A stretch of DNA of 62,271 bases, the filler included. It is 6 parts of 6 records of this genome, joined end to end, with 100 filler letters (N's around TTAATTAATTAA, not from the genome) between each part and the next. Parts side by side here need not be neighbours in the genome. Positions count along the whole stretch, not along the records: positions 16,507 to 46,129 come from SRR33789315_13; 5 more parts are not named here. One strand, 5' to 3'. Shown here piece by piece: positions 27,213 to 37,051 of this stretch. The translations under genes and the position numbers were made by a program. How positions within the stretch are numbered: the first letter of the stretch is position 1; every line of letters begins with the position of its first letter. Below the pieces are notes generated by a model. That model worked only from the letters and a program-made list of their open reading frames with translations. It had not been told where the DNA came from and did not search any database.

Positions 27213-28883
27213 ATGTTGCCAGTGCTTTTAAGATTTTTAATTTTAGTTTTGTGTTTGTCCGCTTGTAAAAAAAGCGAACAAACGCAACCAGTCTCGCCGC
27301 TACCTTCATCATCCTCTAAAACAAGTAACTTTAGCTGTATTGGAAAAGTAAAAAATGTTGAAGTCCAATATGAAGCTCGCTACATCATTTTAGAATCTGC
27401 CATACCACGAAACTCAGATGGATCGAGAAACGATCTTTATTTCAATAATGTTTTTTATTATGGATCAATGTTTCTTCCTTTTAGCTTTGATTTTATTAAT
27501 GAATCATCTGGGGCAAAATATATGTCTCTTTATCCAGAGACAGCCACGTGGAAGGATATAGAGGTAAGTGATGCCACTTATCCATATGACGTTAATCAAA
27601 TTACCGTACTTGATGAAGACCTAAGGTTTTTTCCCAAAACGATGATTGATTATTATAAGAATTTTCAAAAAACAGGTGCAAAAAAAGGAGATAAAGCCGT
27701 AGCAATAAAAGCGAAGGTAAGTCTTAAAGCGTTCTTTTGTATGGATGGTAGTGCTCCACCTCTAAACTCTGATCAAATTAAATTTTATATGCCGATTGAT
27801 CCACAAACCGCTTTTGAGGTCATACCAAAAAATGAATGGAGAGAAATATCTCATGCTCGAAATGGTAAAAAATTTGTTAGTAATCCCTGTATCGATCCTG
27901 AGGGCGTTGCCGTTTCTGAAACAAGATCACATATGTATAATAATCTCTATTATTATTTTTGGCATCCAACTCACAAAGGAATGGATACAGCAAATAAACC
28001 ATTTGATTGTAGTGATTGGTACAAAGAAGGGGTTCATTATCAAGTTCTCAAAGTAAATGTTTTTGATAATGAAGAGATAAAGAGCAAGAAGTTGCCTTTC
28101 AAAGAAATTGTAGCCCAAAAAAAACCTGTCGATATAATGATAGCTCTTGGCTTTACAAAAAATCCTCATATCAAAATCAATGCAGAATGGTTTAAGTCTG
28201 TATTTAATAAAATTTTTACTGCGCAGAAAAAAGAATTCGACCAATTGTTACCGCGCTTTGATGAAGAAAGTACGCAGGATCTATCAATTGATAAATTAAT
28301 GATTTTGTTATGGCGTTTAAAAGATCAACTACTTATTGAAAAAAATGATCTTGTTGTAGATGGCGATATTATCCAAATAAAAATAAGCGGAAAGTTTAAG
28401 CTCAGTAAGTTACCTATAAATCTTACGCTATTTCTTGGTACTATTAAAAATGACATGCCCAGATTTAATGAAACAAGAGTCGCATTCGCGAATGGGATGA
28501 TTGGAAGCGATATATTTATTTATAATGGTCATGCAAGCTTTGGGGAATCACTGAGTCCAAATACGTTGGACTTAAAAACAATGGTTGATAACTATAAGGG
28601 TGAAGTCCCTATGAAACAAATTATTGCTTTATTTTCATGCCAGGCTTTTTTTAGCTATGAACCAGGTAAATTCTCGGCTTTACCGTCAATTGAGACGAGA
28701 GGTTGGATACACTCGCTTGGAAATTATAAAGAGATCAGCTCAAACGGCACATTAGGTGTCTTAGCAAGCCTAGACCAAGCTGCTTTAAATGGTAATTACG
28801 TTGCGTTTGATAAATGGACGAAAGTTTTTGCTAATGATAATTTTTTGATGCGAACAGTGATTGAAAATGAGCCTAAGCCTTGA
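27213..28883 (+). CDS. Large hypothetical lipoprotein, possible C-terminal caspase/CHAT-like His-Cys domain
   Basis: Lipobox LSAC; DIFIYNGHASFG and IIALFSCQA near the C-terminus. Confidence 0.6.
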   Translation: MLPVLLRFLILVLCLSACKKSEQTQPVSPLPSSSSKTSNFSCIGKVKNVEVQYEARYIILESAIPRNSDGSRNDLYFNNVFYYGSMFLPFSFDFINESSGAKYMSLYPETATWKDIEVSDATYPYDVNQITVLDEDLRFFPKTMIDYYKNFQKTGAKKGDKAVAIKAKVSLKAFFCMDGSAPPLNSDQIKFYMPIDPQTAFEVIPKNEWREISHARNGKKFVSNPCIDPEGVAVSETRSHMYNNLYYYFWHPTHKGMDTANKPFDCSDWYKEGVHYQVLKVNVFDNEEIKSKKLPFKEIVAQKKPVDIMIALGFTKNPHIKINAEWFKSVFNKIFTAQKKEFDQLLPRFDEESTQDLSIDKLMILLWRLKDQLLIEKNDLVVDGDIIQIKISGKFKLSKLPINLTLFLGTIKNDMPRFNETRVAFANGMIGSDIFIYNGHASFGESLSPNTLDLKTMVDNYKGEVPMKQIIALFSCQAFFSYEPGKFSALPSIETRGWIHSLGNYKEISSNGTLGVLASLDQAALNGNYVAFDKWTKVFANDNFLMRTVIENEPKP

Positions 28884-28905
28884 CTTTGACAAGAGTTAAA
28901 GGCAT

Positions 28906-29433
28906 TTGTTCTCTATGATTACACAGCAACAAATCGATATCATTACCGAGCAACTAGGGCGTAAGCCTGTTGGAGCTCTTGAAGTCATGGCCTTTGATCG
29001 CGATCAGCAGCCAGCCGTTTTAAAGGTTGATCCACTGGCAGAAGGGAAGCCTTTTCCTTCAATGTATTGGCTTACAAGCCCACTCATTCATAAAGCTATT
29101 TCAAATATCGAGCGAACAGCTTGGATTAAAGATCTTGAAAATAATATTATACCAAATGATGAAGCCTTAATTGCCAAGTTAAAAGCCGATAATGAAAATT
29201 ATAAAAAGCTACGTTGGGAACTTTTTTTATCGCTTCACAGTCAAGATGAAATAGAAGATAGCTTTCTCAAAGTCATTAAAGATACAGGTATTGGTGGGAT
29301 TCAAGACTTTAGTCGCGTTCGATGCCTACACATGCATTATGCCTATCATATTGTTCATGGTGGCTTTGTTGGAGATCTTCTAGACAAGCAGTTCCAATTG
29401 AACGAATTAGTCTATAGTAGCTCTAAGGAGTAA
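28906..29433 (+). CDS. DUF501 family protein
   Basis: QLGRKP, GKPFPSMYWLTSP, GIGG, VRCLHMHYA. Confidence 0.85.
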   Translation: MFSMITQQQIDIITEQLGRKPVGALEVMAFDRDQQPAVLKVDPLAEGKPFPSMYWLTSPLIHKAISNIERTAWIKDLENNIIPNDEALIAKLKADNENYKKLRWELFLSLHSQDEIEDSFLKVIKDTGIGGIQDFSRVRCLHMHYAYHIVHGGFVGDLLDKQFQLNELVYSSSKE

Positions 29434-29435
29434 CG

Positions 29436-29954
29436 ATGAAATTTTTAGCCTTATTAATAATGATCCCATCTATATGCTTTGCTAATCCTTTTTTTGTGAA
29501 TGAACAGCTGGATGCACCTAGAGGCAAGTCTATTGATTTTGGAAGTGGTCCAGTTCTCGTTGTTAATATTGCAACCCAATGTGGTTATACTCCCCAGCTA
29601 GATGCTTTAGAAAAGTTGAATAAAGAGTATAAAGGCAAAGGTCTAACTATTATTGGAGTTCCGAGCAACGACTTTGGTGGACAGACTCCAGAGTCAGACG
29701 AAGAAGTGGCAAAATTTTGTAAACTTAATTATGGTGCGACTTTTCAGATATCAAAAAAGAAAACAGTTGTTGGTACTGAGAAAGATCAACTTATTACCAA
29801 GCTCATCAAAGCATCTAATAATGAGAAAGAAATTAAGTGGAACTTTGAGAAGTTTTTAATTTCTAAAGATGGCAAAGTTGTGCAGCGTTTCTCATCAAAT
29901 ATCACTCCTGATTCCAAAGAGTTTATAAGCAAAATTGATGCATCTCTCAAATAG
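29436..29954 (+). CDS. Glutathione peroxidase family protein (secreted)
   Basis: VVNIATQCGYTPQ, GVPSNDFGGQ, KWNFEKFLI; signal peptide. Confidence 0.93.
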   Translation: MKFLALLIMIPSICFANPFFVNEQLDAPRGKSIDFGSGPVLVVNIATQCGYTPQLDALEKLNKEYKGKGLTIIGVPSNDFGGQTPESDEEVAKFCKLNYGATFQISKKKTVVGTEKDQLITKLIKASNNEKEIKWNFEKFLISKDGKVVQRFSSNITPDSKEFISKIDASLK

Positions 29955-30028
29955 TTTAGTGCATTTAACCATGACGCTTCGCCATTTAAACGTTAGTCTA
30001 CTCGCGTCTTAAATTAAACGGAGAACTC

Positions 30029-30877
30029 ATGGAACAATCAATTCCTGAATTGATGAAACTCAACGATATTTTACCTCAGCTTCAAGAGCAAGCAATTGCC
30101 TATGCTCCTAAGATACTTCTTGCGCTAATAACTTTATTTGTAGGTCTTCGTTTCATTAAGATCTTAGATAAAGCATTTAATAAAATAATGGTTCTTAAGA
30201 ACTATGACGCCTCTTTAAGATCATTTTTAATTTCACTATTTGATCTAGTATCAAAAGTTGCTTTAGTTATTTCTGTCGTCAGTGTGATAGGTGTTGAAAC
30301 AAGCTCTTTCTTAGCCATTTTAGGCTCAGCTGGCTTAGCTGTTGGCCTTGCTCTTCAAGGATCGTTGTCAAATTTTGCTGGTGGAGTCATGTTATTAATT
30401 TTTCAACCTTTTCGTGAAGGTGATTATATTCAAGCACAAGGCTTTGAAGGCTCAGTGAAGGAATTAACAGTCTTTCATACCATCATTCATACTGTTGATA
30501 ACAAGAGGGTGATTCTTCCAAATGGCGCAGTAGCAAACGGCCCGATTACAAACTTTACTATTACAGGCACTAGAAGATGCGACATGATGTTTGGTATCGG
30601 CTATGGAGATGACCTTAAAAAAGCTAAAGAAATTCTCTCTTCGATGATCAAAGCAGATAAACGTGTTCTTAGTGATCCAGCTCCACAAGTTTATGTTCAT
30701 TCTCTTGGCGACAGCTCTGTTAATCTGCAAATTAGAGTATGGACAACAACGGAAAATTATTGGGAATTCTACTTTGAGACGCAAGAAAAGGTGAAGTTAA
30801 CCTTTGATGAAAAAGGAATAAGTATTCCATTTCCTCAAAGAGATTTGCATATTAAACAGATGCCGGTTCAAGCCTAA
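30029..30877 (+). CDS. mscS: MscS mechanosensitive channel
   Basis: GSAGLAVGLALQGSLSNFAGG, PFREGD, IPFPQRDLH. Confidence 0.93.
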   Translation: MEQSIPELMKLNDILPQLQEQAIAYAPKILLALITLFVGLRFIKILDKAFNKIMVLKNYDASLRSFLISLFDLVSKVALVISVVSVIGVETSSFLAILGSAGLAVGLALQGSLSNFAGGVMLLIFQPFREGDYIQAQGFEGSVKELTVFHTIIHTVDNKRVILPNGAVANGPITNFTITGTRRCDMMFGIGYGDDLKKAKEILSSMIKADKRVLSDPAPQVYVHSLGDSSVNLQIRVWTTTENYWEFYFETQEKVKLTFDEKGISIPFPQRDLHIKQMPVQA

Positions 30878-31401
30878 TGGAAGGAATTTCACAGCTCTTT
30901 GATAATTTTAATACCAATTTCGACGGATTAGATGAAATTCGAAAAGCTCAAGTGCTTCTTTACTCACAAGCAATTAAGCTTTCAAAGTTTAATGAATTTA
31001 AGCTTAAGGATAAAAAAGCATTTGATATGGTGAAGAATCTTTTTATTCTTCCAGGTAAATTTAACAAAGAACAACTTGAACTCTTTAGCGCTTCGTTTAT
31101 TCAAAACACTCAATCATGCATGGTCGAACTTGAAAAAGGTGGGACTGAACCTCAAGTTCGCGATATGGAAAATAAATTATTTGCCAGTCTCTTGTGGGCC
31201 TTAACTTTTGGTAGTTGTAGTGATGGAACTCATAAAGAAGATCTCGAACGTATTTGGAATGAGCTTCTTAAGTGTCACAAGAATTTAGCGAAAGCATTTG
31301 TCGACTGTACCAAAGGTCTAAATTTAGATCCTGATAAATTAAAGCTTATGGAGAAGGCATCAAAGCAAAGTGTTGATGAGATGCTACCAGTCCTTTCTTA
31401 G
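30877..31401 (+). CDS. Hypothetical protein
   Basis: 174-aa ORF coupled to mscS (TAATG overlap); no recognisable motif. Confidence 0.6.
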   Translation: MEGISQLFDNFNTNFDGLDEIRKAQVLLYSQAIKLSKFNEFKLKDKKAFDMVKNLFILPGKFNKEQLELFSASFIQNTQSCMVELEKGGTEPQVRDMENKLFASLLWALTFGSCSDGTHKEDLERIWNELLKCHKNLAKAFVDCTKGLNLDPDKLKLMEKASKQSVDEMLPVLS

Positions 31402-32423
31402 TCGGTATAAATAGTACTGCTGGCAAAAGCTAGCGAAACCATCTTTTCGACAAGATCATCATATTTAATACCTTTATGCATGGCACTTTCTGCGAACTCA
31501 TCATCACGCCCGATATTAGGATTAGGGTTTGCTTCAATCACATAAATTTCATTATCAGGTGTAACTCGTAAATCTATTCTAGCGTATCCAGAAAGATGAA
31601 GAGCACGATAAGTTCTTTTGCAGATATCAATGACTTTCTTTTGTAATGCTGGAGTTAATTTGGCCGGACCAGACTTGATTCCTTTTCTTGCTCTATAGTC
31701 AGGGTTCCACTTCGCCATTCGAGTGTAAATTTCTTTTGAAGGATCATCTACCTTATTAAATAACACTTCCCACACTGGTAGGGTACTTAAACGTTGATGA
31801 CCATAAACTCCAACATAAAGTTCTCTGCCTTCAATAAATTCTTCAGCGATTGCATGATAGCCAAGCTTTTCATGAATCCATGTCACGCGGTCAATGAGCT
31901 TTTCCTTAGATCTCACAATACTGGATCTAGCTATACCTAATGAGGCTTCTTCCATTTGGCATTTCACAATACATGGATAGGGTAACTCTTTAGGAACTTT
32001 AACTGCTGTCCAGACTGGAAACTCTGCAAACCGAGGTGTTTTAATTCGATGATAAGTTAAGACTTTTTTGGTTAAGGCTTTATCTCTGGCGAGAATAAGT
32101 CCTCGCGGATTTGAGCCAGTATAGGGCTGTTTTAGTAGCTCAAGATAACTGACAACATTTTGATCAAAAAGTGCTTCACCATCAAACTCTTCTAGTAAAT
32201 TAAAAGTTGCATGGGGCTTAAACTCTTCAATGGCATCACGAATTGGTTTTAAATCGCCATAAATTCCAAGGGGCAAAACCTCATGACCACGTTTTTTTAG
32301 TGCAGTGATAACGTCTAGCTCAGTAATCCAAGGGCATTTATCAGGATCGATATCACTTCGTTTGACTCCATCTTTAGGAACCAAATCTTTGTGCATAAGC
32401 ACCATAAGGCGACTTTTTTTCAC
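31398..32423 (-). CDS. D-Ala-D-Ala ligase-like ATP-grasp protein
   Basis: PYTGS, DKALTK, YPCIVK..EEASLGI, EEFIEGRE, GYARIDLR, IEANPNP. Confidence 0.85.
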   Translation of the reverse strand: MKKSRLMVLMHKDLVPKDGVKRSDIDPDKCPWITELDVITALKKRGHEVLPLGIYGDLKPIRDAIEEFKPHATFNLLEEFDGEALFDQNVVSYLELLKQPYTGSNPRGLILARDKALTKKVLTYHRIKTPRFAEFPVWTAVKVPKELPYPCIVKCQMEEASLGIARSSIVRSKEKLIDRVTWIHEKLGYHAIAEEFIEGRELYVGVYGHQRLSTLPVWEVLFNKVDDPSKEIYTRMAKWNPDYRARKGIKSGPAKLTPALQKKVIDICKRTYRALHLSGYARIDLRVTPDNEIYVIEANPNPNIGRDDEFAESAMHKGIKYDDLVEKMVSLAFASSTIYTD

Positions 32424-33253
32424 ATTAAAATCCCAATATTCTCATTTATAAGCTTTTGCTTGGCTTGAATAAGGATATCAGGAGTTAGATTTTTTGGGGA
32501 TATTTTTTGAATTTTGGCCACTTTGGCAATTGTCTTTATTTGTTGTCTTTTGGATCGATCGATAAAATTTGATAATGATCCTTTGTAATCAGTAATTGGA
32601 TCAACAACAAATTTCTCATTATTAAGAGGTTTAGTTCCAGCAATTTCTTGCATAATAGAATCACAATATTCAAGTTTTGTTAAAGCGAGAGTATCCTTAT
32701 ATTTTTTTCTCCATGAGCGCGGGCTTGTAGATAACCACACGGCAAATGTTTCGGCCCAATCTTCATCGGGATGGGCTTGAGAATAGTGATCTTCTAGATG
32801 GTGGACGTAATCTGTGGAAGTTAAATTTGGTTTATAAATATTGGGGTATGGAGTAGTAGAGCTCCCAAACAATTTTTGTCTTTGCCTTTTTCTGCGAAGG
32901 CGCCAAGCATTTTCAATGGCGTGTCCAATTTCATGACGAATCAGCTTAAGTGCCTGGTTACGATTCGTTCCCTCTACGCTTAGTCCTGAACTTTTTATTA
33001 ATGAAACAAACGTTGGATGAAAAAGATAAAATGGAATAGCGATACCAGGGCAACCATCAGGGCAAAACCATTCATCAGAAACCCAAGTGTGAAAAAAGGG
33101 TTTGATATTTTTTTGGCGCAGTTCTTCTTTGACGATTTCGATACATTCCCAGACCCAATGTTTTTTAAGATCGAATTTAATCATTTCCAAAGGCATGGAA
33201 AGCCATTGCTCTGAGTTTAAATAGGAAAGTTGGGTAGGAGAGTACTTTTTCAT
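32420..33253 (-). CDS. Putative zinc-binding metallopeptidase (zincin) paired with the ATP-grasp ligase
   Basis: SDEWFCPDG..GIAIPFYL, RHEIGHA (HExxH), YSQAHPDEDWAETFAVWL. Confidence 0.85.
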   Translation of the reverse strand: MKKYSPTQLSYLNSEQWLSMPLEMIKFDLKKHWVWECIEIVKEELRQKNIKPFFHTWVSDEWFCPDGCPGIAIPFYLFHPTFVSLIKSSGLSVEGTNRNQALKLIRHEIGHAIENAWRLRRKRQRQKLFGSSTTPYPNIYKPNLTSTDYVHHLEDHYSQAHPDEDWAETFAVWLSTSPRSWRKKYKDTLALTKLEYCDSIMQEIAGTKPLNNEKFVVDPITDYKGSLSNFIDRSKRQQIKTIAKVAKIQKISPKNLTPDILIQAKQKLINENIGILM

Positions 33254-33379
33254 TACTCGATGTATAACCCGGTGCGCCTAAAATGTCTTTGTATATGTAA
33301 TGATTTCTTGGCTTTAGAGAATTTAGTTGGACCTTACTGAACGTTATTTTAAGGGCTTTTCACTGCATTAAGGGTTAAT

Positions 33380-33413
33380 TAGGAAAATCCTACTGGCCCT
33401 TAGGAATATCCTT
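33380..33413. promoter_or_regulatory. Tandem palindromic operator candidates
   Basis: TAGGAAAATCCTA 33380-33392 and TAGGAATATCCTT 33401-33413, 21 bp apart, upstream of the 33451 gene. Confidence 0.4.
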
Positions 33414-33450
33414 TAGGAGAATAGCTTATTCAATTTTTAAGGAGTCACGG

Positions 33451-34467
33451 ATGCGCCTTTTAGTAATTATGAGCACTTTAGTGCTTAGTTCTACTGCTTA
33501 TGGATCTTGGGGTGTGCCTGAGACAGATCTTTCTGGTAGCCAAGAAAAGCGAGTTTTATTTAGTTCAAACTTTGTTATGCCAGATCAAGTTGAGAGCTCA
33601 GTTTCAAGAAATGGTCAAACAACTGCCTCAATGGTCATCGTTAAAGGTGATGAGAAAATCGTACTAGACTTGCCAGAGTTTAATCTTGAATCAAAGTGTA
33701 AAAATGGAGAGGAGAGTTTTCGCGTTTACGCAAAAGCGCAAACATCAAGATTCAGTATTCAAGACAGAGATATTTATGAGTTTGGATTTGAAGGAAAATG
33801 TGGCCATTCGCATATCTTGATTTATGACGAAAAATCTCCAGCGGGAGAGCTTGCAGGTGTTTGGAATATAGCCAAAAAAGCTGAAGTAAAAATGACTGAC
33901 GCAGGAATTATCAATTTATGGAAGCGAAATGTTTCGATTATCTTCCCAGCCAATGGTGATTACTATAGCGGTGACAGAGTTCGCGTGACTAAGGGATATC
34001 AGTGGGACGTTGTTGGTCATGAGCTAGGACATGCAATTTATGATCAATCAAAGATGGGATCGTTCGGAGGAGGATCTCACCGAATTGATGAGTGTTACTC
34101 TGAAGCATTAGCATTGTCAGAGGGTTGGGCCTCATATTTTTCTGCTTGGTTAAAAATTGATCGCAGCGATGCTGATGCTAAGTTTGAATATATGGTTCCA
34201 AGACGCGCACCACTTCATATTGAAACAATTCCTGCAGACGTATGTCAGGGGCCAAGAAATGAGTGGAGAGTTACAGGTTTTCTTTGGGATATTTTAGATC
34301 TTAATGATGATGAAGAACAAGTTGACCAAAGCTTTGCAAAAATTTGGCAAGCAACAGCGGAAAAAAGAAGTAAAAATATAAGTCAGATGAAAGATCACCT
34401 TATTTCATCTGGAATGAATGCAGAACAAATTAATGCTCTATGGGAGAAGAATTTCTTCGATAGATAG
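33451..34467 (+). CDS. Secreted zinc metalloprotease-like protein
   Basis: Signal peptide; GHELGHA (HExxH) and downstream ALSEGWASY (gluzincin third ligand); FLWDILD. Confidence 0.7.
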   Translation: MRLLVIMSTLVLSSTAYGSWGVPETDLSGSQEKRVLFSSNFVMPDQVESSVSRNGQTTASMVIVKGDEKIVLDLPEFNLESKCKNGEESFRVYAKAQTSRFSIQDRDIYEFGFEGKCGHSHILIYDEKSPAGELAGVWNIAKKAEVKMTDAGIINLWKRNVSIIFPANGDYYSGDRVRVTKGYQWDVVGHELGHAIYDQSKMGSFGGGSHRIDECYSEALALSEGWASYFSAWLKIDRSDADAKFEYMVPRRAPLHIETIPADVCQGPRNEWRVTGFLWDILDLNDDEEQVDQSFAKIWQATAEKRSKNISQMKDHLISSGMNAEQINALWEKNFFDR

Positions 34468-34495
34468 AATCTATGGCGGCATAGAATACTATAAT
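34460..34495 (+). promoter_or_regulatory. Candidate OxyR binding site upstream of dps
   Basis: ATAGATAGAATCTAT 34460-34474 fits ATAGnTnnnAnCTAT; followed after 6 nt by ATAG-N7-TAAT. Confidence 0.5.
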
Positions 34496-34558
34496 TGGAA
34501 CTTATTACAAGAAAGCCGTAAAGTAGTAATAAGAAAGACTTAATAAAGGAGCTTGATT

Positions 34559-34993
34559 ATGTCGAATACAGAAACTATTAAAAAACTTAATAACATTCTT
34601 GCTGATTCAAATGTGATGTACACGAAACTTCATAACTATCACTGGAACGTCAAAGGGATGCAGTTTTACGGCCTTCACGCTAAAACTGAAGAGTTTTACC
34701 TAGCTTTTGGAACAATCTATGACGATGTTGCTGAGAGAATTTTACAACTAGGTGGCAAGCCACTTGTGACTTTAAAGCAGATTCTTGCTTCAACGCGCAT
34801 TAAGGAAGAAGAGAAAACTGACTTTAATAGTAGTGAAATTGTTAGTGGACTATTGGAGGACTTTAAGTTTTTCCACGGAGAGTTTAAGTCACTTTCGGAG
34901 TCTTCTGATGCTATTACAACTGCCTATGCAGATGAAAAGGTTGGAATGCTAGAAAAAGAAATTTGGATGCTGCGCTCTATGCTCGGTGAGTAA
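34559..34993 (+). CDS. dps: Dps DNA-protection ferritin-like protein
   Basis: KLHNYHWNVKG, LHAKTEE, DDVAERI, EKEIWML; AAGGAG RBS. Confidence 0.93.
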   Translation: MSNTETIKKLNNILADSNVMYTKLHNYHWNVKGMQFYGLHAKTEEFYLAFGTIYDDVAERILQLGGKPLVTLKQILASTRIKEEEKTDFNSSEIVSGLLEDFKFFHGEFKSLSESSDAITTAYADEKVGMLEKEIWMLRSMLGE

Positions 34994-35008
34994 AAACCGA
35001 CTTTAAAG

Positions 35009-35034
35009 AGCGGCCTTCGGGCCGCTTTTTTTTT
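35009..35034 (+). terminator. Rho-independent terminator after dps
   Basis: AGCGGCC-TTCG-GGCCGCT followed by a T run. Confidence 0.9.
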
Positions 35035-35115
35035 AACCTTTTGCATGGTCGCAAATGCTCAATAAAGTGTTATTATGCTAAAGCTAAAAAGAGAACTGAT
35101 AAGGAGGTTCGTCTC

Positions 35116-35751
35116 ATGGGTAACCATCAAACAATTAATGCTACTAAGCGTAGCCTTAACCAAGCTCAAAGCTTGAAACAAATTAGAAAAGGTCTTCAGA
35201 TTCCTGGTGTTATTTTTGCTCGTGGATTAAATCCATCAACACCAATTTTTCTTGGAAGAAAAGAAGCTAACGTCATTCTTGCCACCGGCGAGCGTGTTTT
35301 AGATATGGTTATTGACGGTAAAAAAGAAATGGTTAATTTGACTGAAGTTCAAAGAGAACCATCTTCTGGCAAACTTGTTCATATGTCATTTCACCTTCTT
35401 AAAGCTGGTGAGAAAACTCATGCTTCAATTCCTGTTCATGTGATTGGTAAAGCAATCGGTGAAAAAACTGGTGGACTAGTACAACTTGTGTTGAAAGAAA
35501 TCGATATTAAGGCACTACCAAAAGATCTTCCTGAATTTATCGAAATCGATGTTTCTGGACTTGATGTTGGTGACCATCTTGAGCTTAAAGATATTAAGCT
35601 TCCTGCTGGTGTAGTGCTTTATAATATGAAGCCTGAGACAAATGTTGTTGCTTGTAAGCCACCTGCTAAAGAAGAGCCAGTTGCTGAAGTCGCTGCTGAT
35701 GCAAATGCAGAGCCAGAAATAATTGGTAAAGAAAAAGCTAAAGAAGAATAA
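35116..35751 (+). CDS. rplY: 50S ribosomal protein L25/Ctc
   Basis: IPGVIF, EVQREP, HMSF, IPVHVIGKAIGEKTGG, LPEFIEIDVSGLDVGD; AAGGAGG RBS before ATG 35116. Confidence 0.9.
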   Translation: MGNHQTINATKRSLNQAQSLKQIRKGLQIPGVIFARGLNPSTPIFLGRKEANVILATGERVLDMVIDGKKEMVNLTEVQREPSSGKLVHMSFHLLKAGEKTHASIPVHVIGKAIGEKTGGLVQLVLKEIDIKALPKDLPEFIEIDVSGLDVGDHLELKDIKLPAGVVLYNMKPETNVVACKPPAKEEPVAEVAADANAEPEIIGKEKAKEE

Positions 35752-35774
35752 TATTTCGTTTATTGAATTGAAAG

Positions 35775-35804
35775 AAGGGCTTCCGATTGGAAGCCCTTTT
35801 TTTT
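35775..35804. terminator. Probable bidirectional terminator between rplY and the PqqD-like gene
   Basis: AAGGGCTTCC-GATT-GGAAGCCCTT, T run on the right, A-rich on the left. Confidence 0.85.
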
Positions 35805-36051
35805 AGCCTACGAGATCGACTTCTTTTAAACCTGAAATAATTTCTAAAACGAGACCTTCCATCTTTGGAGCCTCAATTTCAGCAATAGTTCCAATTTTAT
35901 TAGCGATAGTTTTAACTTCAGTACGGCCATCAAGCATATTCCAAACCATATGAGCAGTATGACTAATTTGAAATTGATGACCCTCTGGATTGATCAGAAT
36001 GATATTTTCATTTCTATTTGATTTAAGTTGGCTTCCATGTTTTTCGAGCAT
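35803..36051 (-). CDS. Stand-alone PqqD/RRE-like protein
   Basis: 82 aa; beta-strands then TAHMVWNMLDG..V..I and a C-terminal ISGLKEVDLV helix; GGAGG RBS. Confidence 0.7.
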   Translation of the reverse strand: MLEKHGSQLKSNRNENIILINPEGHQFQISHTAHMVWNMLDGRTEVKTIANKIGTIAEIEAPKMEGLVLEIISGLKEVDLVG

Positions 36052-36181
36052 TTTTCCTCCAGTATGCTCTCTATTATCGCAAAACCTTGAATTTACATAA
36101 AGAATTAGATCACCATATTAGGTCATCCCTAATATTGGTTTGAGCTTTTTGTTGCTATGATAGTGAGTATTAGAGGTAAAA

Positions 36182-37051
36182 ATGATGAAAACAAATGATC
36201 TCATCGTCACTGTCGGTGATGTTGTAGAGAAGATTGCTGGTGCAACCATTCAGCACGGCGAATTCAATGATCGTATTTATTTAATGAAAATGAATGATGA
36301 TATATCCGCTAAGCAAGTAATCAAATCAATTGAGGATCTTGCCAGTGAGAATAATTACGGGAAAATTTTCGTTAAAACTCCTCAGTCTAGATATTTGGCT
36401 TTTCTAGAAAATGGTTATGAAATAGAAGCAACAATTCCTGGATTTTATAAAGGAATTGAGCAAGCAATCTTTATGGTTAAATATTTAGATATTGAAAGAA
36501 GAGAGCTTGAAAAGCCAACACTTGTCCAAGAAGTGATTGAAGTTTCTCAAGACAAAGATACTATTCATGCTCAGGGCTTACCTCCTAAATATGTGATGAG
36601 AGAATTAAGCCTAGAAGATACTGAGGAAATGGCCGCTATTTATGCAGAAATTTTTCCTACTTATCCATTTCCAATTCATCAGTCTGAATATTTAAAAAGT
36701 GTTATGACAGATTATGTTCGAAGTTTTGGTGTTTATAATCCAGAAGGTAAGCTCGTTTCAGTGGCTGCCTGTGAAATCGATAAGAATGGTCTAAATGTTG
36801 AAATGACCGATTTTGCAACATTAGCAGATTATAGAGGGCAAGGACTGGCCCATGAAATCTTATATTTTATGGAAGCACAGATGAAAAAAAGTGGGATTAA
36901 AACTGCTTATACAATCGCTAGAGCGAGATCATTTGGTATGAATATCACTTTTTCTAAAGCAGGATATGAATTTGCAGGGATGTTAAAAAATAATACCAAT
37001 ATCTCTGGTAGTATTCAGTCGATGAATGTCTGGTACAAAGTCTTAAGTTAA
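36182..37051 (+). CDS. ablB: Putative beta-lysine N-acetyltransferase (AblB/YodP-like GNAT)
   Basis: NDRIYLMK, YGKIFVK, FPTYPFPI, NVEMTDFATL..YRGQG, AYTIARARSFGMNITF, NNTNISG.IQSMNVWYK. Confidence 0.8.
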   Translation: MMKTNDLIVTVGDVVEKIAGATIQHGEFNDRIYLMKMNDDISAKQVIKSIEDLASENNYGKIFVKTPQSRYLAFLENGYEIEATIPGFYKGIEQAIFMVKYLDIERRELEKPTLVQEVIEVSQDKDTIHAQGLPPKYVMRELSLEDTEEMAAIYAEIFPTYPFPIHQSEYLKSVMTDYVRSFGVYNPEGKLVSVAACEIDKNGLNVEMTDFATLADYRGQGLAHEILYFMEAQMKKSGIKTAYTIARARSFGMNITFSKAGYEFAGMLKNNTNISGSIQSMNVWYKVLS

